A DNA stretch of 64,000 nucleotides. It comes from Octopus vulgaris (Eukaryota). The stretch is from the NCBI GenBank assembly GCA_951406725.2, contig OX597834.1:11222001-11286000 (forward strand), given 5' to 3'. Shown here piece after piece: positions 39,826-53,659 of the stretch (position 1 is the stretch's first letter; each line of letters starts with the position of its first letter). Below the pieces are notes generated by a model that had not been told where the DNA came from, made no database searches, and worked only from the letters and a program-made list of their open reading frames with translations. The translations under genes were made by a program, and so were the position numbers.

Positions 39826-40228
39826 TTTGTGATTGCAAGGTTAGAAGTAAATGTTTATTTTAAAATTATTGTAAGCAAAACATGTTGTTTACAGATGTAA
39901 GGTAAAAGTTTCTATTACGTAGGGCCAATGCAAAATTCTATAAAGTGAGGCATATCTAATCATATTTAGATCTTTAATAACAGGAACAAGTCTTCTAGAG
40001 CCAGCCTCAGTAAATGTATTTGGGACCTGAATGACGTGAAAAAAGTTTCTTTTTTTTGTGGATTGGGAAATTATAGGCAAGGTTACGGCTTATAGGATTG
40101 GGAATTATTTCTGTTATCTTTCCCTTGAAGAATTATACACAATTCTATTTTCCAGGCGGCGCCCTTTAAGAACGAGTATTGAGACTGGTTTTTCATGTAT
40201 TCATGCTTGTAAATGGGTTCTCAGAAAC
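39826..40228 (+). pseudogene. Penelope-like element GIY-YIG endonuclease relic (Neptune-type)
   Basis: Across stops and frameshifts: CDCKVRSKC..C; HVVYRCKV; FYYVG...SIK..ISNH..FNNRNKSSRASLSKCIWDLN; VDWEIIGKVTAYRIGNYFCYLSLEELYTIL; SCIHACKW. Confidence 0.8.
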
Positions 40229-41059
40229 CACCATTAACAACACTAGTACTTTGAATCGGTCGATATTTCGTGTGTAGTACATCTATTACTGTAAAGAATT
40301 AAAATTTCTTAGTAGATATCATATAATTATTAAATATTGTATTAAATATTAATCCAATGTTGGATTAAATACACAGTTATTCAGAGAGTAGTCCGAAGCT
40401 CTGTTGCTCCTGCTACTCCACATTCCTTGTAGTGCTATAAATATTAATTTCAGAACTGATAAAAGAGAATTGTGCCCAACAATTTCAGGTTAAATACGAT
40501 AAATTTATAATGAATTTTAAAATCATCGATCTTCATTTCTTTCAATTAGGCAAAAGGAATTTGTATTTTAAGCGGTTATTTCTCTTCAATAGATAAACAT
40601 ATCTAAGTTTCTCTGCCACGACTCACATGTGCTTTTTTGTTTTACTTAATTACAGTCTTAAATTTCTAGCTTGAAGTCTGCGATCTTGATACATTTTGAT
40701 GCAAAAGATTCATGGGAAAAACAAATACTAGACGACCACATTTGTTAAACTTACATTTTAAAATTTGATGAAAATGCTTCAATAAATGATATGGAGGGCA
40801 GAAAACATACATTGAGCATCTGGAATGGAAACATCCGTTCTAGTATTACTTATAAGCAGACAATGTTTAAATGACTGATTACAAAAGGATAAAGTTTTTA
40901 ATAGTTGGCAAAATAAATAATACTATCACTTCTTGCGATTATGCTCGACCAGATTCAAATCTGTGACATGCTTTCCACCCACAAGTGAATTATATCAATT
41001 TTCCCAAGCCCTTCAATCCGTTCTGAGTATAAGCCATGACATTTCTACATTGTTCTCTA

Positions 41060-41315
41060 CTTAGGGCTGTGATCCTCTCCAGGTTTTTCTGGTTCTAAAT
41101 TATCATCGATGTTTTTGTAACTTTACAATTTTTCTAGATAGGGGTGTTGGTCCAAGCAGAACCCATTTTCAGCACTAGGAATAGGTAGTCCATATTAGTC
41201 TGGTTTCTATTATTTGACCTGTTCAGGATGGGATCCCCTACCCAAGCTTATGATCGGCTGGCATAGCTCATTGATGTTCACAAGTCACCACACTACAAAA
41301 ACGACAAGTATTTGT
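41060..41315 (-). mobile_element. Probable RTE-type 5'-UTR relic
   Basis: TTTGACCTGTTCAGGATGGGATCCCCTACC...GCTGGCATAGCTC...CACAAGTCACCACAC resembles the reverse complement of RTE 5' regions (recognition from memory only). Confidence 0.4.
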
Positions 41316-41617
41316 GGTGGAAGTGAAGTATTAAGTGTATTTAAATGGGGATATGCATGAAACTGCAAATAACAGCAGATGTTATTGAATGCTTTCAAAC
41401 ACATAATTGTTTCGTAGAAGATAGAAAAACCAGGCGTTTGCGTCTCAAAAACTTCTTTCTGGGGGTATGAAGTAGCAAAACCGGGGTGCTGAATAAAGAC
41501 AGGTTTAAGAATACTAGGTATGTTTTTGTTTTTTTTACCAGAGGAGTCGATTTTATTTTTTCTCTTTTAAAGTGTTTAAAAAATGAGAATTAGACACTTA
41601 GTTCTAAAGTCGACAAA

Positions 41618-41866
41618 CTTGAGTGAGGTATTACAATAAGGCTGCTATGCAATGATTAAAAGGATGTTTGTAAAATCAATGTTACCCATACAGTTCTGTC
41701 GAAGAAATTGAATGAAATTCTTGAGTGGAATGTTACAATAAGGCTACAATACAATGATTAAAACGGTTTTTGTAAAATGAGTACTACACACGCAGTTCTC
41801 TTGACAAAATTCAGTAGAATTCTTGAGTGAACTGTTACAATTAGCCTAAAATACAATGATTAAAAG
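41618..41866. repeat. Diverged tandem repeat, 102-bp period, ~2.4 copies
   Basis: CTTGAGTG..TTACAAT..CAATGATTAAAA at 41618, 41720 and 41822. Confidence 0.85.
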
Positions 41867-42987
41867 TAGTAAAATACTTTATAAAAAGGTTTAAAAAAAC
41901 ACAACAAAAGAATGCTGTAGTATAAAGATATAATGAATGAGAAGTGCGGAGACAATAAAAAGAGAAAACAAATTCTGTTCCAATAGAATACGAAAGCAAG
42001 CGGTACCAGATATATAACAATTATAAATTACTTGCTGTATGTAACGTTGTTATTGAAAGGCAAGAGTCATTCGACGTGTTGAAATGCATACAGCTGTCAA
42101 GGATTAAGCAACTAATAAAAAATAATGGTTTCCAGAACAAGAATCCTTTTTTGTATTCACCGCTGGAGGGGTGAGGATATCACACAACGCTGAGCCGCAA
42201 TAACAGTCATAGCTTTAGAAATTTCATTATATACACTTGTTTTCTAAAGATAATTACATAAAACGGAATTTACGGTGAAACTTCTGTTGGGAACCATCAC
42301 AAAACAAAAACCACTCCCTGTGTTTCTATCTCCCTCTCTCTCCTTATCTATCTATCTTCTATCTATCTCTCCCTCATTCATTCCCTCTTTCTCATTCTCT
42401 CTCTCTCTCTCACTCTTTATCTCTTGTTATATGTTTATATATGTTGACGTTAACAATTAAATATACGTATATCGATCTGTAACCGTCTATTTATCGATTC
42501 ACTCCACCCTCCTCGCTCCCTCTCAGGCACCCTATCATTCTATAAACATACACACACACATACAAATATACACCTACATATATTCACATATGTATGTATG
42601 TTTCTATGTATATGCTTTTCTTCATATAGATACATAAACATCTTTGTCTCTCTTCTTGCCATATATAGTCGTATGGGTATATATACGTATCTGCAAATAT
42701 ATACATATATATAATACACAGACACACATACATATATATATATATGCATATATATATATATATATATATATGAGTGTGTGTATGTGTATGAGTGTGTGTA
42801 TGTGTATGTTTGTTTACATTTAAAGATATCAGTACACACATAAATATGTATTTGTGTGCTTGTATTCGTATATATGTATGTGTGTATATATATATATATA
42901 TAATATAATATTATATATATATATAAATATATATATAATATAATATAAATATATATATATTATATTATATTATATAATATAATATAA

Positions 42988-43029
<42 letters not shown>

Positions 43030-43736
43030 GTATATATATAAAATGTGCGTGGTGTATGTACGTACAAGCGAATGTATATACGGACAGACAGACAGACAAA
43101 CCGAGAAGCAGATAGATTGATAGATAGATGGATAGATATATAGATATTCACAAGTATGTAGGCACATATCAAATGTATTTTGGGAACAAGTGTGTGCAAA
43201 AATTATTCGAAATCAAATTGGAATCGCCATGATAAAACTAAACAAAAGAATATTGTTATGTTTAATTTGTTTATCTCCCCATTTCTTTGTTCCTATCAGC
43301 TTTTTTTTCTCCTTCAGCCAAAGATTCTAACGTTGAGAAAACATATATAACGATAAACAAAATATTCCGTGATAGGATAAATAAAATCTCTCACAATGAA
43401 GAGGGGAGATCTTATGTAAACCAGAAGATTTAATCATTTTCAGTGGAATGACTCATAAACAACGTGGTAATTGTATATACGCAATTAACTGTGAACCGTT
43501 TCATAAATAGCATAGTATAAATAATGATATATGTGCATGTAGGCGTATGCTTGAGTGTGTCTATGTGTGTAAGCTTACGCTTGAGTGTGGATGCTGGTTG
43601 GCGCATGCATTCATTTGTATATTTCTATATGTTTCTATCGGTACACGAAATACAATTGTTTTATAAGTATATATATGCTTTTGTATAACACAAACTGATA
43701 TACACTCACACACTCACAAACCCATGTATATATATA

Positions 43737-43770
<34 letters not shown>

Positions 43771-43911
43771 TACACACACACACACACATATATATGTATA
43801 TATATATATGTATATATGCATATTATGCTTAAGTATTAATGAATTTTTGTTCACATGTGTGCGTGTCCATATAAAGAAGTATATATACAAAAAGTTGTAT
43901 GTATATATATA

Positions 43912-43952
<41 letters not shown>

Positions 43953-43985
43953 GTCTATATATACTTGTGTATATATATAGTGTAT

Positions 43986-44064
<79 letters not shown>

Positions 44065-44586
44065 CATACGTATATATATATGCATATACATACGTATATA
44101 TATATATATATATATATAATTCTATATATATTCATACAAAGACACACACGCACATATATATATGAATGTATCTGTGTGTGTGTGTGTGTGTGTCAATGTA
44201 TTTATTTTTGACAATAATTAAATAATAGAAAAATGATACTCTGCTCTCTTCTCGTATATTAAACATCTAAAGAATAGAATGAATGAAAAGTTTGAAAAGA
44301 CTGGATTCATTAGGAAAATGCATGTAATGCCTTTTATTGTTTCATACAGAGTTACCCTACCTCACGCAAAACTGACATTGAATTTTGTTGCATCAAATTG
44401 AAATCTGAAAATACAGTGAAAAACAAATAATAATATATTAAATGGAAAATAGTATACAAATAATATATGCCTATATCAAAGAAATAACGTGATGAAAACC
44501 ATATTGTGAATGCAAACAAGAACAACAAATTGTTGACGCTTAAATAATTATTGTATTAATAAATAGGGAAGGGAACGAAATATTAC

Positions 44587-44621
<35 letters not shown>

Positions 44622-44772
44622 CATGTGTTCTATTTGCAGCATCGTTAATTGGTCCGGCTTCGTGGTGATTGTAGCAGCGATGATAAGAATAATAATAAAA
44701 TGATAATAATAATTATTATGATTATTATTATAACAACAACAAAAACAACAATAATAATAATAATAATAATCT

Positions 44773-45003
44773 TCTTTCTTTATTGCTCACATGGGGCTAA
44801 ACATAGAGGGAAAAAACGAGGACTGGCAAAGGGATTAAGTCGATTACATCGACCCCAGTGCGTAACTGGTACTTAATTGATCGACTACGGAAGGATGAAA
44901 GGCAAAGTCGACCACAGCGGAATTTGAACTCAGAACGTAAGAGAGACGAAAAGCTTCTGAGCATTTCGCCCGGCGTGCTAACGCTTCTGCCAACTCGCCG
45001 CCT
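44773..45003 (-). mobile_element. SINE family B inserted in an (AAT)n tract
   Basis: Full family B sequence flanked by (AAT/AAC)n. Confidence 0.88.
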
Positions 45004-45740
45004 AAATAATGATAATAATGATGATAATAATAATGATAATAATAATAATAATAATGACAACAACAACAATAATTATAACAATAATAATAATGACAACAAC
45101 AATAATAATAATAACAATAATAATAATGACAACAACAATAATAATTATTATTATTAATATTATTATTATCATTATCGTCATCATTATTTTCATTATATAA
45201 TATATAATGATAATAACAACATGAAAAATAATGTTGATAATATCAACACCACCAATAACAACAATAATATAACAAATATATATTGGTCAAGATATTAGTA
45301 ATATCATTAGGGATAATAATAAATAACATACTATCAGTAATAAAAGAATAACAACGCATAATATCTACATGTATGAATATACGTACCATATGTAGATGTG
45401 TGGGGATATTCATGGGTATTAACATGTATATACGTATACCTATACACATACATCATATACAGGTATATATATGTACATATATATCCATATATATACGTAT
45501 ATATTGATATAGCAGTGTGTCAATTTTTGTGGTTGCTTGTTGCTGTATATGAGTGTACGTTAGGAGTAGTCTACATGTGTCCAAGTGTCTTCTGTTTTCA
45601 TTTCTATGTTACATTTAACACATGTATGGTAAATATTTTTTATTTATTCATCAATTCCTGTTAAACGTGAAAATGTACTCGAAACTGTTGATACATACAC
45701 AAAGTCATATGGAAATATTTACCTAGCCTGTTCGTGTCTA

Positions 45741-45790
<50 letters not shown>

Positions 45791-45889
45791 TAATATATAT
45801 AAACACTTATATAACATACATAAACACTTATATAGATATATACGCTCATTTCTATATGTGTGTGTACGTGTTTGTGTTTGTGTTTCTGT

Positions 45890-45940
<51 letters not shown>

Positions 45941-46472
45941 GTAGTCATATCTATAAATATATGTATGTGTGTGTATGTAAATTCATATATATGTATATAT
46001 ATATATGTATAAATAGATATATATATATATATATGTATATATTTGTGTGTGTGTATATATTCATGTATGTATATATATATACATATATGTTGCAAGAGCA
46101 GTGTGTATTTGAATATGATAGCCGTCCTCCAGCCATCAGGAACTGGTAGAGAAGAGACTGAAGCTCTTCATTTAGTTGAATACCTCCACATCCCGCAGCA
46201 GTCAACTATAATCAATCTCGTTGGAGATCTACTAGTTTTCTTGGTGTTGCCCACGCAAAACATAAATCTTACAAATTATTTTGTATTTCCTCCACCCAAA
46301 ATAACATGGATGCTTTCGAAAGGTCTGAATTGCGTGTACCAGTTTCCAGCATTCTCACCTTCCATTTCCACAAAGAACTCTTTTTATCCCACGCCAAAAT
46401 AATTTCCACGAACTCAGGAAAATATTCCATTCCACTTTAAGATATAATGGTCATCATTTTACAAATAACAGC

Positions 46473-46885
46473 GGATCTTTTCGGTTTGAACGGCAGTTTT
46501 TAACATAATTTCTAGGTAACTAAGACATTTTAAAACTTCGAATACTGGTAGAATGTGTTTATAAAACATCTTTTTCTCTTGGCTTTATTGACAAACTCCT
46601 ATAGTTTGTAAGATATTTTTTGTTTTTCCTTCAATTTCTGAAATTTCAACCAATCACTGACATCCCTTGAGGTAAACAACATTCTGTGCCGTATGAATAT
46701 GTCCCTCGTTTAAAAAAACAGATTGGCTTTATTTACATTTGTGAAGAAAAATATACTCTTCCCCCACCCTAACCCTAGCCCTAAAATAGATTGAAATGCA
46801 ATAGATCGATACTAGGGTCGTAATTATGGGTGACAATTTCATATGACACCGCTAGAAAAAGCTGCCGTTCAAACCGAAAAGTTCC
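46473..46885. mobile_element. MITE, GGATC-TIR family
   Basis: TIRs; TSD ATAACAGC / GTAACAGC (7 of 8 match). Confidence 0.9.
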
Positions 46886-47408
46886 GTAACAGCTCGAAAT
46901 GGAAGTCTCTATATTCGATGTCCACTTTGACAAGAAAAAAAAAAGAAAACACTGGAGCTGCAATCAATAGACAAATTTCTTCCAGTTCTGTCTTCTTCTG
47001 CTATGTCTAGACAACTCCTCTTCATTCAAATACGTCAAGTGCAAAGTGACATTGAGTTACTTACGAGCAACTAGTATTATATTGTTCCTTTTAAAACATG
47101 CAAACATTTTGCCTCAATTTTCACACCTATTCAGATCTCTTCAATCTCTCTGTCTCTATAGGGACCAAAGCCGATCATTGGAACAGCTTGAGATTATATT
47201 CCTTTCGCAAGAAATTAACGGTGCCAACTATAGCTAAAAGCTATCTCTAAAAGCTATCAGATACTGGAATCAGCAATGAATAATGAGGTAGTTGAACACT
47301 ACAAATTTCTTTCTTTGCGTCTCACTCATTCTATCGCTTAATCTATCTCACGCTTTTTTCATTTCTCTATCTTTCTGTATGAGAGAGAGAAAGAGAGAGA
47401 GAGAGAGC

Positions 47409-47717
47409 TCTCCTTCGGTTACGACGACAAGGGTCCTAGCGGATACCATTAACAGAACAGCTTGCTCATGAAATTAACGTGCAAGTGGCTGAGCATTCTA
47501 CAGACTCGTGTACCCTTAATGTAGTTCTCAGAAAGATTAAGAGTGAAACAAAGTATAAGTCTTTGAAATACAGGTACAACACATTTTTGTCGGCGGAGTG
47601 AACTGGAGCAACGTGAAATGAAGCGTCTTGCCCAAGGTCACAACACGTCACGAGGAATTGAGCTCACGGCCTTACGATCGTCAGCCGAATGCCCTAAGCA
47701 CTAAGCCACGCGCCTTC
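47409..47717 (-). mobile_element. tRNA-head SINE with CORE-like domain and tail type ii
   Basis: GAAGGCGCGTGGCTTAGTG head; CCTTGGGCAAGACGCTTCATTTCACGTTGCTCCAG; tail shared with the 20226 copy. Confidence 0.8.
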
Positions 47718-47728
47718 GTTATATATAT

Positions 47729-47767
<39 letters not shown>

Positions 47768-47839
47768 TTTAAATTCAACTTATGTTGAAAGACAATAAAG
47801 TTTGCTTTCGAAGCGTTGAGATGTATTGAAAGATAGAGG

Positions 47840-48243
47840 TAAGGAAATAATTTTATTCTCAAACGCAGGATAATGCTAATTATATAGCGTGAACAGGGTA
47901 AACTATCCATATTTTGCAAAAAAAATCTATCGGCGGCCGGCCACCCATTAGACTCGAACTCACATCTCTGCGATTACGCGTCAAGTGCTTTTCTTACAGT
48001 ACATCTCAACGCTTCTAAATCAATTTTGTTTGTTGACTCCCAACGAAATTTGAGTTTAACGTATGACAGCGTCTTATAAAGCTAGATTTATATAACCTAA
48101 ATTTGCAGAAGAATGTGTCGTGTGTTCGAGGCTCATGACGGGCCGCCCGCCGACAATTTTTTTCTGGAAACAATGGAGTCTTTATCCTGTTCATGCTATA
48201 TTATTAGCAATATCCTGCGTTTGAGAAAAAAATGATTTCCTTA
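47840..48243. mobile_element. Foldback/MITE-like element with ~125-bp imperfect TIRs
   Basis: TAAGGAAAT..CTCAAACGCAGGATA..TGAACAGG at the left end is reverse-complementary to ..CCTGTTCA..TATCCTGCGTTTGAG..ATTTCCTTA at the right end. Confidence 0.75.
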
Positions 48244-48360
48244 TATATATACAAGGTGGGAATCTGTATTAGCAATTGCTTCATAACGGATGCAGAATTA
48301 GGGATCTTGTGTCTTTGTCTCCAATCCGGTTTTATACTAAGTATATGTTAAGTCGAATGA

Positions 48361-48588
48361 GGGCGGTGAGCTGGCAGAATCGTCAGCATGCCGGGCGAAG
48401 TGCTTAGCGGCAGTTCATCTGCCGTTATGTTCTGAGTTCAAATTCTGCCGAGGTCGACTTTGCCTTTCATCTTTTCGGGGTCGATTAAATAAGTACCAGA
48501 TACGCACTGGGGTCGATGTTATCGATTTAATCCCTTTGTCTGTCTTTGTTTGTCCCCTCTGTTTAGCCCCTTGTCGCCATTAAAGAAA
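48361..48588 (+). mobile_element. SINE family B
   Basis: GGCGGTGAGCTGGCAGAATCG...GAGTTCAAATTC...GCCTTTCATCTTTTCGGGGTCGAT...TAAAGAAA. Confidence 0.9.
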
Positions 48589-48916
48589 AATATATCTTAT
48601 GTCGAATGTTTATTCACAATACATTTTTCAATATATAATGTATGGCTATGTATCTCTCTCTGCTTCTCTCTCTCTCTCTCTCTCAAACTCTAACGCCGGC
48701 GATATATATATATATATATATATATATAAACAAGGTGGGAATCTGTATTCAATGGACAATATGTCCAATTTTTCGGCATATTTGGCATTAGAAATTTTTT
48801 CGTTTGCTCCTATCCGGAATTGTTTATAAATTTAACCTTTAAATGTAATGTTTAATATGTACAATTGATATTTTTTCAAATATATATATATATATATAAA
48901 AATATTATCTCTCCAT

Positions 48917-48994
<78 letters not shown>

Positions 48995-49069
48995 TCCTAA
49001 TGATGTGTAACGTATATATATATATGTATAGTGAGAGAGAGAAACTGCTAATGATGATAAAATATTATG

Positions 49070-49117
<48 letters not shown>

Positions 49118-50095
49118 ATGATATTTGTAAAATCCACTTATAAGGTTTCGAGTTCCACGCTGACCCCTTGGTAATATTATTAATGATTTTCACACTTTAT
49201 TATAATTAATAATTGAAAAATTTACTCCTTGATCAAAGCTGTCTTCACTGCAGAGATTTTTTGGGATATTACACGTGGCGGATAAGAAAGAAGGTAATTC
49301 TACTTTACTGTTTACTTTTACGAGTGCGTTTTTATATATTGCTGTACGAAATCGCTACTCGTATAAGCATGTGGAAATACTCGTGAATTTATGTTACGGA
49401 GTTACGTTGCTGAAGATCGCAGTATGTATAATGTTTTTACTATAAGCTTGAAACGGGATCTTGTACACCTTTAACCAAAATTTAATTCATTATCTTTCTT
49501 TGGCTCGACTGCAGCCCGTGTTTTCTTTTTTGGATATTTTAAGATGTTATTTGCGTCTTTTGGCGTCTATTTCTAGAGCGTGGATAAGCTTATAGCCAAT
49601 CGCTTGTTATAATTATGTACATAATTATTATAATTTTTAAGCATTCCTTCGATATAACTTGACAAAATCAAAACAGTTCACCGGTTTTTCCGTGGGTTGT
49701 GGAGTATAGATATAACGGAATTATGCCAGCAATGTCTCAAGAAAAAGCGCCTTGCTTATTTGTTCTTACCTGTTTCATGTGTGTATGTAAAATCCGGAAA
49801 TTTCTAAGCAGAAAACAGAATCGAGCTGTCATTTACCCGAAGTGAAATGCTTTGATTTTTTCGAGATTTATCGAAGGAATTCAAATATTTTTATATATAT
49901 ACATATGTATAATGTAGTTCCTATAGCCATTTGGCGTCTTTTTCTAGCATGTGGCGTTACGCATTAGTGCCTTTACTGAATTAATATTTATGTAATTATA
50001 TATCTTGCATTAATTCATACCTTGCTGGCTACTTCATAAAATCTTATACAGATTTTATCCTTGATTATAAAGGTATACATACATACGTACATACT

Positions 50096-50133
<38 letters not shown>

Positions 50134-50137
50134 TAAA

Positions 50138-50421
50138 CGCCCTTTGCAAGCCTACCCAGGCTCATGGGCCGGGTTTCCCGGTTTCTATGGCGTATGTGTT
50201 CCCTCCAACTTGATGGGACTCCAGTCCATCGCAGCGTTACTCTAGAAGCAGGAAGAAAAAGTGAGAGAAAGTTGGGGCGAAAGAGTACATTACTACCACC
50301 CGCTGTCGGAGCCTCAGGTGTTTTCCCTCAATAAACACACACAACGCCCGATCTGGTAATAGAAACTGCATTCCTCCGACCGCGAGTCCGCTGCCCTAAC
50401 CACTGGGCCATTGCGCCTCCA
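50138..50421 (-). mobile_element. SINE family C variant
   Basis: Same head as the 20226 copy; tail related to type iii. Confidence 0.82.
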
Positions 50422-50534
50422 CTCATATATGTATATATATATATGTATATATATATATATACATATATATATATACACACACATACACACACACGTACAT
50501 ACATACATACATACGTACATACGTATGTATGTAT

Positions 50535-50985
50535 ATGTTGCCCTTTCCCTTATGAGAATGCAAGGAGGGATGTCAGGAAGGGCATCGCTGTTACACTTCC
50601 AGATGGGAAGGGTCTTCCTTCGATGCTGACATTTAATGTCTGTGCAAGACCCTGCCTCAGTAAAGCTGGACTCAAGACTCATCTTCGTAGTCATAAAGCG
50701 AGGCAGATGAGTGACAACCTGGCCACTGGTGGTGGTGTTACTCACCATGCTAATTATATCTGTCTGGAATGTGGAAGAGAGTGTAATTCGGCAGGAGGAA
50801 TTAAACGACATGCAAAGGTACATGAAGCCCAGTTACAACTACAGCCGGCCATTACCGGTAAAGGTTTTAGTTACCATAGATATTGTAGATCTTTGGCTGG
50901 GCTAAAATGCCACATTCGAGCACAGCACCAGTAACTACTAAGCTTCGTGCAATGGCCATACTCGATAACGAGGGGGCAGCCATAA
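50535..50985 (+). mobile_element. RTE-clade LINE 3' end encoding three C2H2-like fingers
   Basis: NVCARPCLSKAGLKTHLRSH, CLECGRECNSAGGIKRHAKVH, RYCRSLAGLKCHIRAQH*. Short 3' UTR with CTCGATAACGAG stem. No TGEKP linkers. Confidence 0.65.
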
Positions 50986-51659
50986 TATGTATATGTAAAG
51001 GTTTCTTGTTTCTAAAACGGTTTCTAACGGTTTTGAACTGGTGATGCACAAATATTTAGTTCCGCAGTTTATTTACACGGCGCGTTCTTAATTCAATTTT
51101 AAAGCAATATTTCCGACAATTAACTGGCTCTTTTAGCACAACTCCATTATATACTAAATCAATATTCTGATTGATAACTTACTGGCGATTATTGATTTCA
51201 TACCGTGACAAAGAACCATACATTTATTTAGAAACATAATGCTGTTTTTGCTTTATCGTATCAGTTATTTTTCGCTTTTGTTTTTGTTGTTGCTTATTTT
51301 TTTGGCTACATTGATACATTTTTATTAAGTGTAATAACTTTGTAAGCTAGGTGTATATACGTGATTTCGGAATAGAAACCGTTTAACTGACTACGCCTGT
51401 TATATGTTGCGCTCCGTGTAAATATTTCGTATGTTGTATCATTACGTTTCCAGCAATGCCAGCATTTTTAGCTCGGTTCCTTACGATTTTCATTAATATA
51501 GGGTTTGATGCTGACATTCAAAGGCCCAGTATAATACAGTTGCGTTGGACAAGGAAGCATGAATCTTAATGAAGAGCTATTTTATGTGAATCTAGCGAAA
51601 ATTTATGTTTATAAGCCACAAAATAACGATGTAGATACTGTAAAATTTATTTACATGCA

Positions 51660-51677
51660 GAGACATATATATATATG

Positions 51678-51711
<34 letters not shown>

Positions 51712-51759
51712 GATATATATATATATATTTATATTTATACATACATATATAGACACGTG

Positions 51760-51791
<32 letters not shown>

Positions 51792-51991
51792 CATACATAT
51801 ATAGACACGTGTGTATATATATATATATATATATTATATTTATACATACATATATATAGAAACGTAATATATAGATATTTATTTATAGATATATATATAT
51901 TTATACATACGTATATATACATACAATATATATTTATTTATTTATTCATATATATATATATACGTATGTATGCATACATATATATATATGC

Positions 51992-52036
<45 letters not shown>

Positions 52037-52233
52037 CACACATATATATGTACTGATACAAATTTACACATATACATAGATATGTAAATTTATTTATATA
52101 TATATGTTCATATATATATATATATATATAAAAATGTGTGCACGTCTATGTGTATGTACACATATGAACTTATATATATGCGTGTGCATGTATATATATA
52201 GGTATATATATATATATAGACATATATATACAT

Positions 52234-52290
<57 letters not shown>

Positions 52291-52340
52291 CATACATATA
52301 TATATGAATTTGTATGTGCGTGTGTGTATGTGAGTGCATA
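51660..52340. repeat. Compound (TA)n/(CA)n microsatellite
   Basis: Directly visible. Confidence 0.95.
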
Positions 52341-52566
52341 ACAAAAACGTTCTTTCACAATCATCTCGAAATATAATTGCTCAATATTTACATAAAAGAC
52401 TCAATAATTAGTAAAGAAGATCAACAGAATAATTTGATTTCAATAGCCTTTAGCATGCACAGAGAAGTTGCTTATTAAATATTCTTTAAAATAATATCCA
52501 ACATCGGCCTTTTGTATGCATCATGAATACGTTAGCATTTTTAATATCTAATTATCGAAACACATC

Positions 52567-52976
52567 ATATTATTATCATTATTATTATTATTATTATTAT
52601 TATCATCATCATTGTCATCATCGTCATCGTCATCATCATCGTCATCATCATCATTATTATTGTTATTATTATTATTATTTTTATTATTATTATTATTGTT
52701 ATCATCATAATTATTATTATCATCATCATTATTATTATTATCATCATTATTATTATTATCATCATCATCATCATCCTCATCATCATCATCATCATTATTA
52801 TTATTATTTTTATCATCATTATCATCATCATTATTATTATTATTATCATCATTATTATTATTATCATCATCATTATTATTATTATTATCATTATTATTAT
52901 TATCATCATCATTATTATTATCATCATTATTATCATTATTATTATCATCATTATTATCATTATTATTATCATTATC

Positions 52977-53008
<32 letters not shown>

Positions 53009-53046
53009 TATCATCATCATCATCATTGTCATCGTCATCATCATCT
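52567..53046. repeat. (TAT)n/(CAT)n trinucleotide array
   Basis: Directly visible; source of the poly-Y/H ORF. Confidence 0.95.
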
Positions 53047-53277
53047 GCATTATCATATCGGTGGTGTTGCTGGTCCTGTTGATGTTATTGTTGTTCCTTT
53101 TCCTTTTAATACCTCCTCTTTAATATCATGATGTGTTGGGCTCAAACTGCGGGAATAAGATGCTATAGAGAAGATACCACTTGATTGAGGGCACCCTGGT
53201 TAGTTTCTGAACTGCACCAAGATGTGCCATCTTTTGTACTGTATAAGTATTGACATTATGCGGGATATGGTTACACT

Positions 53278-53656
53278 TTACTCTCTTTTACTCTTTTACT
53301 TGTTTCAGTCATTTGACTGCGGCCATGCTGGAGCACCGCCTTTAATCGAGCAACTCGACCCGGGACTTATTTTTTTTGTAAGCCCAGTACTTATTCTATC
53401 GGTCTCTTTTGCCGAACCGCTAAGTAACAGGGACATAAACACACCAGCATCGGTTGTCAAGCAATGCTAGAGGGACAAACACAGACACACACACACAAAC
53501 ACACACAAATACATATACATATATACATATATACGACAGGCTTCTTTCAGTTTCCGTCTACCAAATCCACTCACAAGGTTTTGGTCGACCCGAGGCTATA
53601 GCAGAAGTCACTCGCCCAAGGTGCCACGCAGTGGGACTGAACCCGGAACCATGTGG
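53278..53656 (-). mobile_element. SINE family A, lacking the first ~30 nt
   Basis: Collinear with 24089-24506. Confidence 0.9.
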
Positions 53657-53659
53657 GTG

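Noticed and set aside
41618-41866. 102-bp (34-codon) period suggesting a TPR-like coding repeat
   Set aside because: Stops at the unit start in all plus frames and in the best minus frame of both full units; no TPR consensus.
49408-49462. CTGAAGA...GAAAC hammerhead-like words
   Set aside because: Stems I-III do not pair convincingly.
52523-53131. His/Tyr-rich 202-aa ORF
   Set aside because: Pure TAT/CAT trinucleotide array with no synonymous codon variation.
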